This document shows, one piece after another, positions 28,080 through 36,547 of a stretch of DNA of 64,000 nt. The translations under genes were made by a program, and so were the position numbers. Source of the stretch: an uncultured Eubacteriales bacterium (lineage in GTDB: Bacteria; Bacillota; Clostridia; Christensenellales; CAG-138); assembly GCA_900546845.1 (NCBI GenBank), contig UREK01000012.1, positions 3,130 through 67,129 on the forward strand, read 5' to 3'. The notes under the pieces are model-generated. The model was not told where the DNA came from and did not search any database. It saw only the letters and a list, made by a program, of their open reading frames with translations. Each line of letters starts with the position of its first letter. The first letter of the stretch is position 1.

Positions 28080-28904
28080 TCAGCGGGCCTTCAGGCTCAG
28101 GATCTCGCGGGCTTCCGCCGGGGATGCGATCTCGCGGCCCAGCTCGCGGGAGAGGCGGACGACCTTTTCCACCAGCTCGCCGTTGCTGCGCGCAAGCACG
28201 CCGCGGGAGACGTAAAGGTTATCCTCAAAGCCGACGCGCACGTTGCCGCCCATCACGATCGTGGGCGCGGCGAGCGTGAAGGCGCTGCGGCCGATGCCGG
28301 TGGCCGTCCAGGTGGAGCCGGCGGGGATGGCATCCACGAGCCAGCAGAGGTTCTTCACCGTGGCCGGGGTGCAGCCGGGCACGCCCAGCACGAAGTTGAA
28401 CTGCATCGGGTCGCCGGGAACCTGGCCCTTCTTCGCCATCTTGAGGACGGTGTCGAGGTGGCCCATCTCAAAGCACTCGTATTCCGGCTTGATGCCGTTT
28501 TCGATCATGCGCTTGCCGAACGCGCGCATGGTGGGCATGGTGTTTTCAAACACGTCGTCGCCAAAGTTGCAGGTGCCGCAGTCGAGCGTCGCCATCTCGG
28601 GGAACAGCTCGGTGGGCTGGAGGCGCTCCTCCGCAGTCATGCCGACCGCGCCGCCCGTGGAGGGGATGAGGATCACATCCGGGATAACGGCCTTGATCGC
28701 ATCCATGCAGACGCGGAAACGCTCGCGGCTCTGCGTCGGGGTGCCGTCGTCCTCGCGGACGTGTACATGGACGACCGCCGCGCCCGCATCATAAGCGGAC
28801 TTGGCCTCGCGGACGATCTCCTCAACGGTGTAGGGGACGCTTGGGTTCTGCTCCTTGGTGACTTCCGCGCCGCAGATGGCCGCCGTGATGATAAGCTTAT
28901 CCAT
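28080..28904 (-). CDS. kce: 3-keto-5-aminohexanoate cleavage enzyme (BKACE/DUF849)
   Basis: MDKLIITAAICGAEVTKEQNPSVPYTVEEIVREAKSAYDAGAAVVHVHVRE is the BKACE family signature. Confidence 0.88.
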   Translation of the reverse strand: MDKLIITAAICGAEVTKEQNPSVPYTVEEIVREAKSAYDAGAAVVHVHVREDDGTPTQSRERFRVCMDAIKAVIPDVILIPSTGGAVGMTAEERLQPTELFPEMATLDCGTCNFGDDVFENTMPTMRAFGKRMIENGIKPEYECFEMGHLDTVLKMAKKGQVPGDPMQFNFVLGVPGCTPATVKNLCWLVDAIPAGSTWTATGIGRSAFTLAAPTIVMGGNVRVGFEDNLYVSRGVLARSNGELVEKVVRLSRELGREIASPAEAREILSLKAR

Positions 28905-28933
28905 ATTGCCGCTCCTTTCTTAAAAACCGCTTC

Positions 28934-29332
28934 TTATTTCTCGTGGGGGATGCGCTGGCTGTTCTTGGGGGTCACGCAGGTGCCGTGCGCACGGCAGACG
29001 ACGATGGGCTCCGCAAGGAAGTCGGCTGCAGAGGGGCTGATGTCCGGGCGGGCGACGACGACCTTGCGCGCTTCGAACTTCATCGCGCGGGACGTGTTGC
29101 CGATGCGCTCGATCTCGCCGTAAACCTCGATGTAATCGCCGGCATAGACGGGCGCGAGGAACTCGATGTTGTCATACGCGCAGAACAGGCCTTCGTCGCC
29201 GTCGCACTTGATGAGAAGCTCGGTCGCCACATCGCCGAACAGATGCACCATATGCGCGCCGTCGACCAGGTTTCCGCCGTAATGCGCATCCTTTGCGCTC
29301 ATCCTAAGCCGGATCGTAGAAGTAATCGCCAT
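28934..29332 (-). CDS. kal: 3-aminobutyryl-CoA ammonia-lyase (hot-dog fold)
   Basis: 132 aa, ...[30 protein letters not shown]...[13 protein letters not shown]. First gene after the riboswitch. Confidence 0.8.
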   Translation of the reverse strand: MAITSTIRLRMSAKDAHYGGNLVDGAHMVHLFGDVATELLIKCDGDEGLFCAYDNIEFLAPVYAGDYIEVYGEIERIGNTSRAMKFEARKVVVARPDISPSAADFLAEPIVVCRAHGTCVTPKNSQRIPHEK

Positions 29333-29508
29333 AGTAGTAGCCTCCTGTGTATTAATGTATTTTCAAGGTCAAAACCAAGGGTTACAATCGTTTTGCTTTA
29401 TCTTTTCAGCCTTCTGAGGTAGCTGTACGGGATCGGCACGGAGGGGAGATGCGCATGGTGCGCGGCCGGCAGCGTACAGCCTTGGCAATAGCGCACCATC
29501 GAGTTGGG

Positions 29509-29554
29509 AAAAACAAAAGCGCTACCGACATGGCAAAAGCACGTCGATAGCGCT
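29509..29554 (-). terminator. Intrinsic terminator forming the expression platform of the lysine riboswitch
   Basis: On the minus strand: AGCGCTATCGAC, 13-nt loop, GTCGGTAGCGCT, then TTTGTTTTT. The 5' arm contains the aptamer P1 3' strand. Confidence 0.75.
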
Positions 29555-29715
29555 TCATCCTTCTCAGATGACAGTCATGCCGCACTCAGCGGCATGCCCA
29601 AGCAAAGCGCGCGGGCCGCTACCTCGCTTTCGGCAGGGGGCACATTCACTTGCGGCATCGGGCTCCCGGCCCTTGCCATCCGCACGCTACCTTACTCCCT
29701 GCGCCTCTATCACTT
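29547..29715 (-). promoter_or_regulatory. Lysine riboswitch (L-box) aptamer
   Basis: Minus-strand sequence GATAGAGGCGCAGGGAGTAAGG...GTGAATG...CTGCCGAAAGCG...ACTGTCATCTGAGAAGG..GCGCTATC contains the conserved L-box blocks (AGAGGCGC, GAGTA, GCCGAA, ACTGTCA) in the correct order. Confidence 0.85.
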
Positions 29716-29736
29716 CGGTATTCAATTCACATATAT

Positions 29737-29765
29737 ATTATAAAAAGCGCACCGCCGAAAGTCAA
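29737..29765 (-). promoter_or_regulatory. Sigma-A promoter driving the riboswitch and the kal-etfA operon
   Basis: On the minus strand: TTGACT, 17 nt spacer, TATAAT, about 20 nt upstream of the aptamer. Confidence 0.75.
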
Positions 29766-29821
29766 TGAGATTTTGGCGTTTCCGGCAAACTTTTGCGGAT
29801 TCTTCACATTTCGGCCGCGGC

Positions 29822-31303
29822 TTAATAAAGCGTCTCGATGTCGCAGAGGATCTCATCCGTCAGCGAGAGCAGGCGGCAGATATTGAGCGCGTCCCGCGGG
29901 CAGCCCTGCTCGCGCGTGACGCGGTAAAGGCCGTAGTTCATGTGCGCGGCGATCACGTCCGCGCCCTGCTCAGGTGAAGCAAGGGCGATCTCCCCCTTGA
30001 CCCGGTCGGTATCCATATCCCGGAGGCCTACCACCTCGTAATGCAGGGAAGCCTCCTGCGCCACACCGTCATAATGCGTGGTGAGCACGCTCACGGCCCC
30101 CTGCCGGTTCAGATAGCGCGTCACAGCGCGCACGATCATCGCGCCCTCCTCCGGGTTGGTGCCGCGGGCGAATTCGTCGAGCAGGATCATGTGCAGCCCC
30201 TCTGGCTTCTCCCCGCCGCTCCCAAGGCCGCAGTCTGCAAGCACCTCGTTGAAGCGCACGATCTCCGCGCCGAAGCTCGAAAGCCCCCGGTCCACATTCT
30301 CCAGGTCCTCGGAGACGACATGTACCCCGTCGAACAGCGGCAGGCGCGCCCGCTTCGCAAACGGCAGGATGCCCGCCGAAAGCGCGAACGCGTTGAGCGC
30401 GATGGTCTTAAGCGCCACGCTTTTGCCGCCCATATTCGCCCCGGTGATGACCGTCGCCCCTTTCCCGGCCGCGATGGACACGGGCGTGAACACACGCTTG
30501 CGCTCCGCGAGCGCGTCCGCGATGCGCGGGTTCACCATGTCCTCCATCTCCAGCGCGCCGTCCGTCAGCTCCGGCATCACGCCGCCATAGCGCCGCGCAA
30601 GGCGCGCGCGGGCCAGCGTGAAATCAAACGCGCCAATCGCGTCCATGCAGGCGAGGATGCCCGGCAAAAACGGCTTAAGCCCTTCGGAAAGCGCCGCGCG
30701 CACGGCGCGCTCCTCCTCGTCCTCCGCCGCGGCAAGGCGCGCGCGCGTCGCCATGAGCGGGGCGCGCTCCGCCTCGGTCTTTGCCCGGCGCAGTTCCTCC
30801 TCCACCAGGCGTTTTTCCCTGCGCGCGGCGCGCAGCGCCTGCGAATAGGCGTCCGGGATGAAGAAGGTTGCCGCATGCTGGCCGTCGAGGTCGAGCAGCG
30901 CAAGCGCCTCGGACTGGGCGCGGATCTCGACGCCGGTCAGCCGCGCTTCTTCATTGATCCGCGCGAATACGGGGGCGATCAGCTCGCTCTGGAGCAGGAA
31001 GCGCTTGAGTTCAAACAGCTCCACCTCGTTAAGAGGCCCTTCCGCACAGCGCTCCACGGAGCGCCGGATGTCCTTGAGCTGCATCATCAGCCGCTCGATG
31101 CGGCCATATTCCGCCGCGCAGGGCTCGAGCGTATCCATTACGGCGCAGACATTGCGCAGATCCGCAAGCAGCACCTCCGCCTCATCGGAAGCGTAAAAGC
31201 GCAGCCTGCGCACGCGCGCGTCGCCATAGGGCGAATCGCACCGCAGCGCGTCCACCACGTAACGGAAGCCGATGTTTTCCTGTTGCGCAAAGTTCAGGCT
31301 CAT
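29822..31303 (-). CDS. MutS-domain-V ATPase, probable lysine 5,6-aminomutase reactivase ATPase subunit (KamC-like)
   Basis: 493 aa with the MutS ATPase domain (ITGANMGGKSVALKTIAL...ILLDEFARGTNPEEGA...TTHY) and no mismatch-binding domain. Sits directly upstream of the lysine operon. Confidence 0.65.
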   Translation of the reverse strand: MSLNFAQQENIGFRYVVDALRCDSPYGDARVRRLRFYASDEAEVLLADLRNVCAVMDTLEPCAAEYGRIERLMMQLKDIRRSVERCAEGPLNEVELFELKRFLLQSELIAPVFARINEEARLTGVEIRAQSEALALLDLDGQHAATFFIPDAYSQALRAARREKRLVEEELRRAKTEAERAPLMATRARLAAAEDEEERAVRAALSEGLKPFLPGILACMDAIGAFDFTLARARLARRYGGVMPELTDGALEMEDMVNPRIADALAERKRVFTPVSIAAGKGATVITGANMGGKSVALKTIALNAFALSAGILPFAKRARLPLFDGVHVVSEDLENVDRGLSSFGAEIVRFNEVLADCGLGSGGEKPEGLHMILLDEFARGTNPEEGAMIVRAVTRYLNRQGAVSVLTTHYDGVAQEASLHYEVVGLRDMDTDRVKGEIALASPEQGADVIAAHMNYGLYRVTREQGCPRDALNICRLLSLTDEILCDIETLY

Positions 31304-32421
31304 TGTAACTCCTCATTTCCACAGCAATGACTGTAATCCACATTCCGCTCCGCTTCCTCCCGCGCTGCGATGCGCGCCCGGTCGTCCGCGCGCCGGGCCT
31401 CCTCTTCCGGGCTCATGTCCTCAAGCACGTTGAGCACCGGCACGTCCACCCGCGCCTGCATGCGCTCCTTGAGCGCGTCCTTGTCAAGATCAAACCCATA
31501 GGCGGAAAACGGGTTTACGGTGATGGCTGCGACGCGCGTTGCGCGCGCGACGGCGAGCGAAATGCCGCGCAGGGCCAGCTTGTCGAACGTATCCCGGCAG
31601 ATGAGCAGCTTGCTGCCATCCTCGGCCGAAAGGCTGAGCCCACCGAAGCGCTTCCCAGTCATCAGCACGGGCTTTAAGAGCGCGTCCGTCACCGCGCCCG
31701 CCACGTAGACCGCGCGCACGCCCGCGTAGGCGGGGCTTCTCAGCGCATCCGCCAGCGAAAGCGCCTGCGGCAGCGGGCGCAGCTCCCCATCCTCCATGCG
31801 AAAAAGCGCCTTGCCCGGGCAAGCTGCGCGCTCCGCCTCGGTAAAATCGTTTTGCTCCGGGAGCGTCAAAAGCATCGCCGCAAAGGCGGTATCCTCGATG
31901 ACGGCGTCGATGTCCCGGCTGTAGGAAGCGCCCGTGCAGAGCACCGTCGCCTCGCTGACCGCCGGGGCGCAGAGCGTCTTGCGGCTGAGCGCGCCGTCCA
32001 CAATCGCCACGTCCGCGCCAAGGGAAAAGAACATTCCAGAAAGCTTTGCAAGCTGCGCCGTGATGGAAGGCCCCGCGAGCTGGACGCTGCCGTCGCTACG
32101 GGCGCGCACGAGCACGACCTCCCCAAGCGGCGTCGGGAAGCCCGTCGTTTCGACAATTTCCCGGGAAATGTCGCAATATTTGAGCATTTCGAGCGCGGTG
32201 GCGATGAGCGTCCCCTCCCGCACATAGATGCCGGGCTTGTGCGTCTGCGTCACCACATCCACGCTTTCGCCGTCCCGGCCGATGCTCGTGAGGCCGAGCG
32301 TCTTGCCCGTCATCTGCATCTCCGCAAGGATGCGGTTGAGCACGGTAGTCTTGCCCGCGTTCTTGCACATGCCGATGATGGAAAGCGATTTGTAGGGTTC
32401 GATGAACGGTAATAAAAGCAT
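31300..32421 (-). CDS. P-loop protein, probable lysine 5,6-aminomutase reactivase partner subunit (KamB-like)
   Basis: Walker A GMCKNAGKTT. 4-nt overlap with the MutS-like gene. GGGAGG RBS before the ATG at 32421. Confidence 0.55.
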   Translation of the reverse strand: MLLLPFIEPYKSLSIIGMCKNAGKTTVLNRILAEMQMTGKTLGLTSIGRDGESVDVVTQTHKPGIYVREGTLIATALEMLKYCDISREIVETTGFPTPLGEVVLVRARSDGSVQLAGPSITAQLAKLSGMFFSLGADVAIVDGALSRKTLCAPAVSEATVLCTGASYSRDIDAVIEDTAFAAMLLTLPEQNDFTEAERAACPGKALFRMEDGELRPLPQALSLADALRSPAYAGVRAVYVAGAVTDALLKPVLMTGKRFGGLSLSAEDGSKLLICRDTFDKLALRGISLAVARATRVAAITVNPFSAYGFDLDKDALKERMQARVDVPVLNVLEDMSPEEEARRADDRARIAAREEAERNVDYSHCCGNEELQ

Positions 32422-32533
32422 AGCGCCTCCCGCGGCGCACGGCAAAAAGGCCGCGCGGCCGTATGTGTCTGTATCATATCACACCGCGGGCGGCTTGTGT
32501 ACCCCCTGCGCGGCCGGGACCGCCGCCCATGCA

Positions 32534-32581
32534 GGAAAACAGGGCCGGCGCGCGCCGGCCCTGCGGCCGGTTAACCGGCCG
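32534..32581 (-). terminator. Tandem hairpins terminating the amidohydrolase gene
   Basis: Perfect palindromes CGGCCGGTTAACCGGCCG and GGGCCGGCGCGCGCCGGCCC; the second is followed by TGTTTTCC on the minus strand. Confidence 0.6.
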
Positions 32582-32596
32582 AGCGTTTCCAATAAA

Positions 32597-33730
32597 TTAT
32601 TCGTCCATCGGGACGGGCTTACCGTCGATGAACACGGCTATCACCTCGCCGGAGACCTCCATCACGTCGCCACGGCAGAGCACGAGATCCGCGTCCTTGC
32701 CAACCTCGATGGAGCCGACGCGGTCCGCGACGCCGATATGCTCGGCCGCGTTGATCGTGATCGCGCGCAGCGCGTCGTAGCGGTCCATGCCGTCCGCCAC
32801 GGCAAGCCCGGCGCACAGGGGCAGGTATTTCTGCGGGATGACCGGCGCGTCCGTGATGATGCTCACATGCCCGCCCGCCTTGGCGAGCACGCCCGGCGTG
32901 GCGAACGTCTTGTTGCGCAGCTCAAACTTGGATGCGTGGCCGAACGACGGGCCGACAGCCATCGGGTAGCCCTCCGCAGCGAGCTGCTCCGCGACGAGGT
33001 GGCCCTCCGTGCAGTGCTCAAGCGTCAGCCTGAGGCCGAATTCCTTGGCAATGCGGATGGCCGTGAACAGGTCGTTCGCCTGGTGCGCATGCGCCTTGAG
33101 CGGCATTTTCCCTTCGATGACCGGCAGCATCGCCTCGAGCTTCATGTCAAACGCAACGTCCTTGCCGGCGTCCTTCCTGCGTTTATAATCCTGTGTGCGC
33201 AGGAGCATTTCGCGCAGCTTTGCCGCCGTGGACATGCGCGTGGAGATCCCCTTTTCGCGGTAGCAGCGCTTGGGGTTTTCACCGAAGGCGCATTTCATCG
33301 CCACGTTGTCGCGCACGACCATGTCGTCCACCCGGTTGCCCACGGTCTTGATCGCAAGGAACGTGCCGCCCAGCACGTTGGCGGAGCCCGGGCCGGTGCA
33401 TATCGTCGTAACGCCCGCGCGGGCGGCCTCACGCAGGGCCTGATCCGTCGGCTCCACACCGTCGATCGCCCGCAGATGGGGCACAAGCGCATCGTTCATC
33501 TCGTTGTAATCCGCGCCCTCGTAACCGATGCCATACCCGTGCAGGCCGATGTGGCAGTGCGCTTCCACAAAGCCGGGATACAGGTTGAGGCCGGCCGCGT
33601 CGAACACTTCCTCACCCTTCGCGTCAAGGTTCTGGCCGATCCCGGCGATCTTCCCCGCCTGAACCAGCACGTCTGCCGCAAAAGGCTCCCGATCCACCGC
33701 GGTGTATACCGTCGCATTTTTGAAAAGCAT
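32597..33730 (-). CDS. Amidohydrolase family protein (metal-dependent)
   Basis: LYPGFVEAHCHIGL is the HxH metal motif. 377 aa TIM-barrel amidohydrolase. Confidence 0.8.
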   Translation of the reverse strand: MLFKNATVYTAVDREPFAADVLVQAGKIAGIGQNLDAKGEEVFDAAGLNLYPGFVEAHCHIGLHGYGIGYEGADYNEMNDALVPHLRAIDGVEPTDQALREAARAGVTTICTGPGSANVLGGTFLAIKTVGNRVDDMVVRDNVAMKCAFGENPKRCYREKGISTRMSTAAKLREMLLRTQDYKRRKDAGKDVAFDMKLEAMLPVIEGKMPLKAHAHQANDLFTAIRIAKEFGLRLTLEHCTEGHLVAEQLAAEGYPMAVGPSFGHASKFELRNKTFATPGVLAKAGGHVSIITDAPVIPQKYLPLCAGLAVADGMDRYDALRAITINAAEHIGVADRVGSIEVGKDADLVLCRGDVMEVSGEVIAVFIDGKPVPMDE

Positions 33731-33820
33731 GAATCCCCCTCCTTAACCGATGTTCTGTATTTATTTTTATAATATTGTAGCATGGCGCGGAAGGGGGATG
33801 CAAGCGTGCTTCGCGGCGGT

Positions 33821-34882
33821 TCAGGCCTGCGGCGGCTCCTCCCGCAGCAGCGCGAGCGCCGCCTCGTATTGCGGCATCCCCCGCAGCGGGGCGAAGGTAT
33901 CCTCCCGCTCCAGCGCGGCGGCGAACCCCTGCCGCATGGCGGCAAACGAGCGGACCATGCCGCCCGCTTCCTTCCCAAGCAGCGAGAACAGCGGAGAACC
34001 GCCCCATTCCGGCGGCGCAGCAAGGAAGTGCGCAAGGCGCAGCAGGTGTTCCGCCGCACGCGGGTAATTGCCCGCGCGGATGTAGGTTTCCACGTAGAGC
34101 GCGTCCTGCATCGAGTAGGGGAAGCCCACCGCCTCCGCGCATGCTTCGAGCGCCCGGATGACCGTGAGCGCCTCCTCCGGCTCTGCAAAGGGCGTGCCCG
34201 CGAGGCGCATCAGGCAGGTCTGCGCCGTGTTGAACGCGCGCAGCAGCTCCGTTTGCAGGATACGCTTCGCCCGCTCTGTCTCCCCGCGCTTTTCCGCGAT
34301 GAGCGCCCGGAGCATCGCCGCATCCGGCGCGGGGCTGGGCAGGCCGTCCAGCAGGGCTTCCGCCCGTTCCAGCTCGCCGTCCCCGGCGCAAAGCCCCGCA
34401 AGCATGTGCGCCGCCTGTGCGGCATAGCGCAGGTCGTCTCCTTCCGCCGCGGCCGATAGGAGCGCCTTCGCCCGGGCGCGGTCGGCGGCGTCCTCCGCCC
34501 CGCCCGCCCACATCGGCAGACCCATCAGCAGCGCCGCGAGCTGATATTGCAGCGCCGGGCAGTCCGGGTATTCCCGCAAAAGCGCCTCAATGCGCGTCCG
34601 CGCCGCACCCGCGTCCCCGGAAAGCGCCAGCTCCGCCACTTCGTTTACATAAGCGGCGCACTCCTTCTCCGAGGGCTGCGCCGTGAAATCTAAAAGCGCG
34701 TTTACGTCCGTCCGCAGCGCACGTGCGAGCGGGGAAAGCAGCGCAACATCCGGGCAGCTCGCGCCCGTCTCCCATTTGCTGACCGCCGCTGCGGACACGC
34801 CTACGGCGCTCGCAAGCGCCTCCTGCGTCATGCCCCTTCGCCTGCGCAGGGCCGCAATGGTTTCGCCGATCTTCCATTCCAT
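33821..34882 (-). CDS. XRE-family HTH regulator with helical-repeat (TPR-like) C-terminal domain
   Basis: IGETIAALRRRRGMTQEALASAVGVSAAAVSKWETG, followed by an Ala/Leu-rich repeat domain. Confidence 0.8.
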   Translation of the reverse strand: MEWKIGETIAALRRRRGMTQEALASAVGVSAAAVSKWETGASCPDVALLSPLARALRTDVNALLDFTAQPSEKECAAYVNEVAELALSGDAGAARTRIEALLREYPDCPALQYQLAALLMGLPMWAGGAEDAADRARAKALLSAAAEGDDLRYAAQAAHMLAGLCAGDGELERAEALLDGLPSPAPDAAMLRALIAEKRGETERAKRILQTELLRAFNTAQTCLMRLAGTPFAEPEEALTVIRALEACAEAVGFPYSMQDALYVETYIRAGNYPRAAEHLLRLAHFLAAPPEWGGSPLFSLLGKEAGGMVRSFAAMRQGFAAALEREDTFAPLRGMPQYEAALALLREEPPQA

Positions 34883-35088
34883 TCGTTCCGTCCTCCCTTT
34901 TTGCTTTGGCGGCCGCCTGCTTTTATGATACCCGCGCGGTGCAGAACACGCAACGGAGGCGCGTTCAACCTTTCGTACGAATTTGTTGAACGGCGTTCAA
35001 GCCTGCATGCTTTGTCCTGAAAGACAAAATGCACTTTCCGCGCTCCTGCGGTTGCATTTTAAAAGCGAGAGGTATAGAATAACATGCA

Positions 35089-36477
35089 GTGGCTACTTTA
35101 CTGAAAAAATGGAAGGATACCTATCTCGCGCCCGCCTCCTTTTACGGAAAGATCGGGCGCATTGCTTTGCCCATTGCCGGGCAGCAGATCCTCAACCAGG
35201 GCGCCGGCTTTGTGGATACCATCATGGTAAGCCGCGTGGGCGGCGTGGGCGCGGTCGCCGTCGCCACGCAGCTGGACATGCTGCTTGGCCCGGTTTCCTT
35301 CGGCATCAACTCCGGCGTCAATATCTATTCCTCCCAGTTCTTCGGCGCAAAGGATTGGAACTCGCTCAAAAAGTGTTTTGGCTTCCAGCTCCTGCTCAAT
35401 TTGCTCAGCGCGCTGCTGTTTTTCGCCGTGGCGCAGTTTGCCGGGCATAGCGTGCTGCGCTTTTATGCGAGCGGCGACGCTTCGCTGATCGGCCTTGGGT
35501 GGCAGTATCTACGCATCGCCTGCTTCGGTTATTTCTTTAATGCGCTCATCAGCGCGTTTTCCTTCATGTACCGCAGCATCCAGCAGACCCAGATTCCCAT
35601 GATGATCGGGATCGGGGTGAACATCCTCAACGCCTGCTTGAACTACCTGCTGATTTTCGGGAAATTCGGCCTGCCTCAGATGGGCATAGCCGGCGCGGCG
35701 CTTGCCACCGTCATCGCCAACGCCTGCGGCGCCCTTGCGCATATCGTCTATGCCGTCGCCACACAGCAGCCCTTCCTCGGCTCTTTCCGGGAGATGACGG
35801 CCTGGAGCGGCACCTTTATCAAGCCCATTGTGAAACGGATGCTGCCGCTTATCGCCAACGAAGCCATTTTCGGCCTTGGCAACACCATGTATGTGAAAGC
35901 GTACGGCCTTCTCAGCCCCGATGCGCTGTCGATTTATAAAATCGGCAACACGGTAGGCAGCTTCTTCTATGTCGCGGTACAAGGAATCAACAGCGCAGTG
36001 GGGCTCATCGTCGGCGAACAGCTGGGGCGGGGCGACCTTGCGGAAGCAAAGCGCTGCGTAAAGTACCTGTTCCCCGTATCCGCCGTGCTTGCGGCCTGCG
36101 TGGCGCTTTTGATTTCCCTGCTGGCGGAGCCGCTCGTGGGCCTATTCGGCCTCGCCGACGCTTCCATCGCATCCGGCGCGGTGCTCATGGTGCGACTGTT
36201 CTCCGTGCGCATCGCCGCAAGGCTCTTCAACGTCATCTTCATGTCCACGATCCGGGCCGGGGGCGATTCCGTTTTCCTGATGTTCCTCGACTGCGGCATC
36301 GTCTGGCTTGTGGGCGTTCCGCTTGCATTCCTTTCTGTTTATGCGTTCCATGTGACCTCAATCGCCGCCATGTTCGCCATCATCCAGTGCGAGCAGCTGG
36401 TGCGCATGCTCATCGGCTACCGCCGCTACAAACAGGGGAAATGGTGCCGGAACTTGACGGCGGAAACGCAAGGGTAA
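35089..36477 (+). CDS. MATE family efflux transporter
   Basis: 462 aa, 12-TM-like, N-terminal ...IALPIAGQQILNQGAGFVDTIMVSRVG. The start codon (GTG) is uncertain. Confidence 0.82.
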   Translation: MATLLKKWKDTYLAPASFYGKIGRIALPIAGQQILNQGAGFVDTIMVSRVGGVGAVAVATQLDMLLGPVSFGINSGVNIYSSQFFGAKDWNSLKKCFGFQLLLNLLSALLFFAVAQFAGHSVLRFYASGDASLIGLGWQYLRIACFGYFFNALISAFSFMYRSIQQTQIPMMIGIGVNILNACLNYLLIFGKFGLPQMGIAGAALATVIANACGALAHIVYAVATQQPFLGSFREMTAWSGTFIKPIVKRMLPLIANEAIFGLGNTMYVKAYGLLSPDALSIYKIGNTVGSFFYVAVQGINSAVGLIVGEQLGRGDLAEAKRCVKYLFPVSAVLAACVALLISLLAEPLVGLFGLADASIASGAVLMVRLFSVRIAARLFNVIFMSTIRAGGDSVFLMFLDCGIVWLVGVPLAFLSVYAFHVTSIAAMFAIIQCEQLVRMLIGYRRYKQGKWCRNLTAETQG

Positions 36478-36491
36478 CCTGGAAATGTTTC

Positions 36492-36520
36492 GGGCCGCAG
36501 CGTGATCTTCGCTGCGGCCC
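36492..36520. terminator. Bidirectional terminator between the MATE gene and pckA
   Basis: GGGCCGCAGCG-tgatctt-CGCTGCGGCCC, an 11-bp stem between convergent genes. Confidence 0.7.
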
Positions 36521-36547
36521 ATCGTTTTCCCGTTCTGTTTAAATTGC

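Noticed and set aside
33496-34511. 230-aa and 295-aa minus-strand ORFs overlapping the amidohydrolase/XRE region in other frames
   Set aside because: These are Arg/Gly/Ala/Pro-rich out-of-frame translations of real genes or of their intergenic region. The XRE/TPR frame (33821-34882) has a clear HTH motif.
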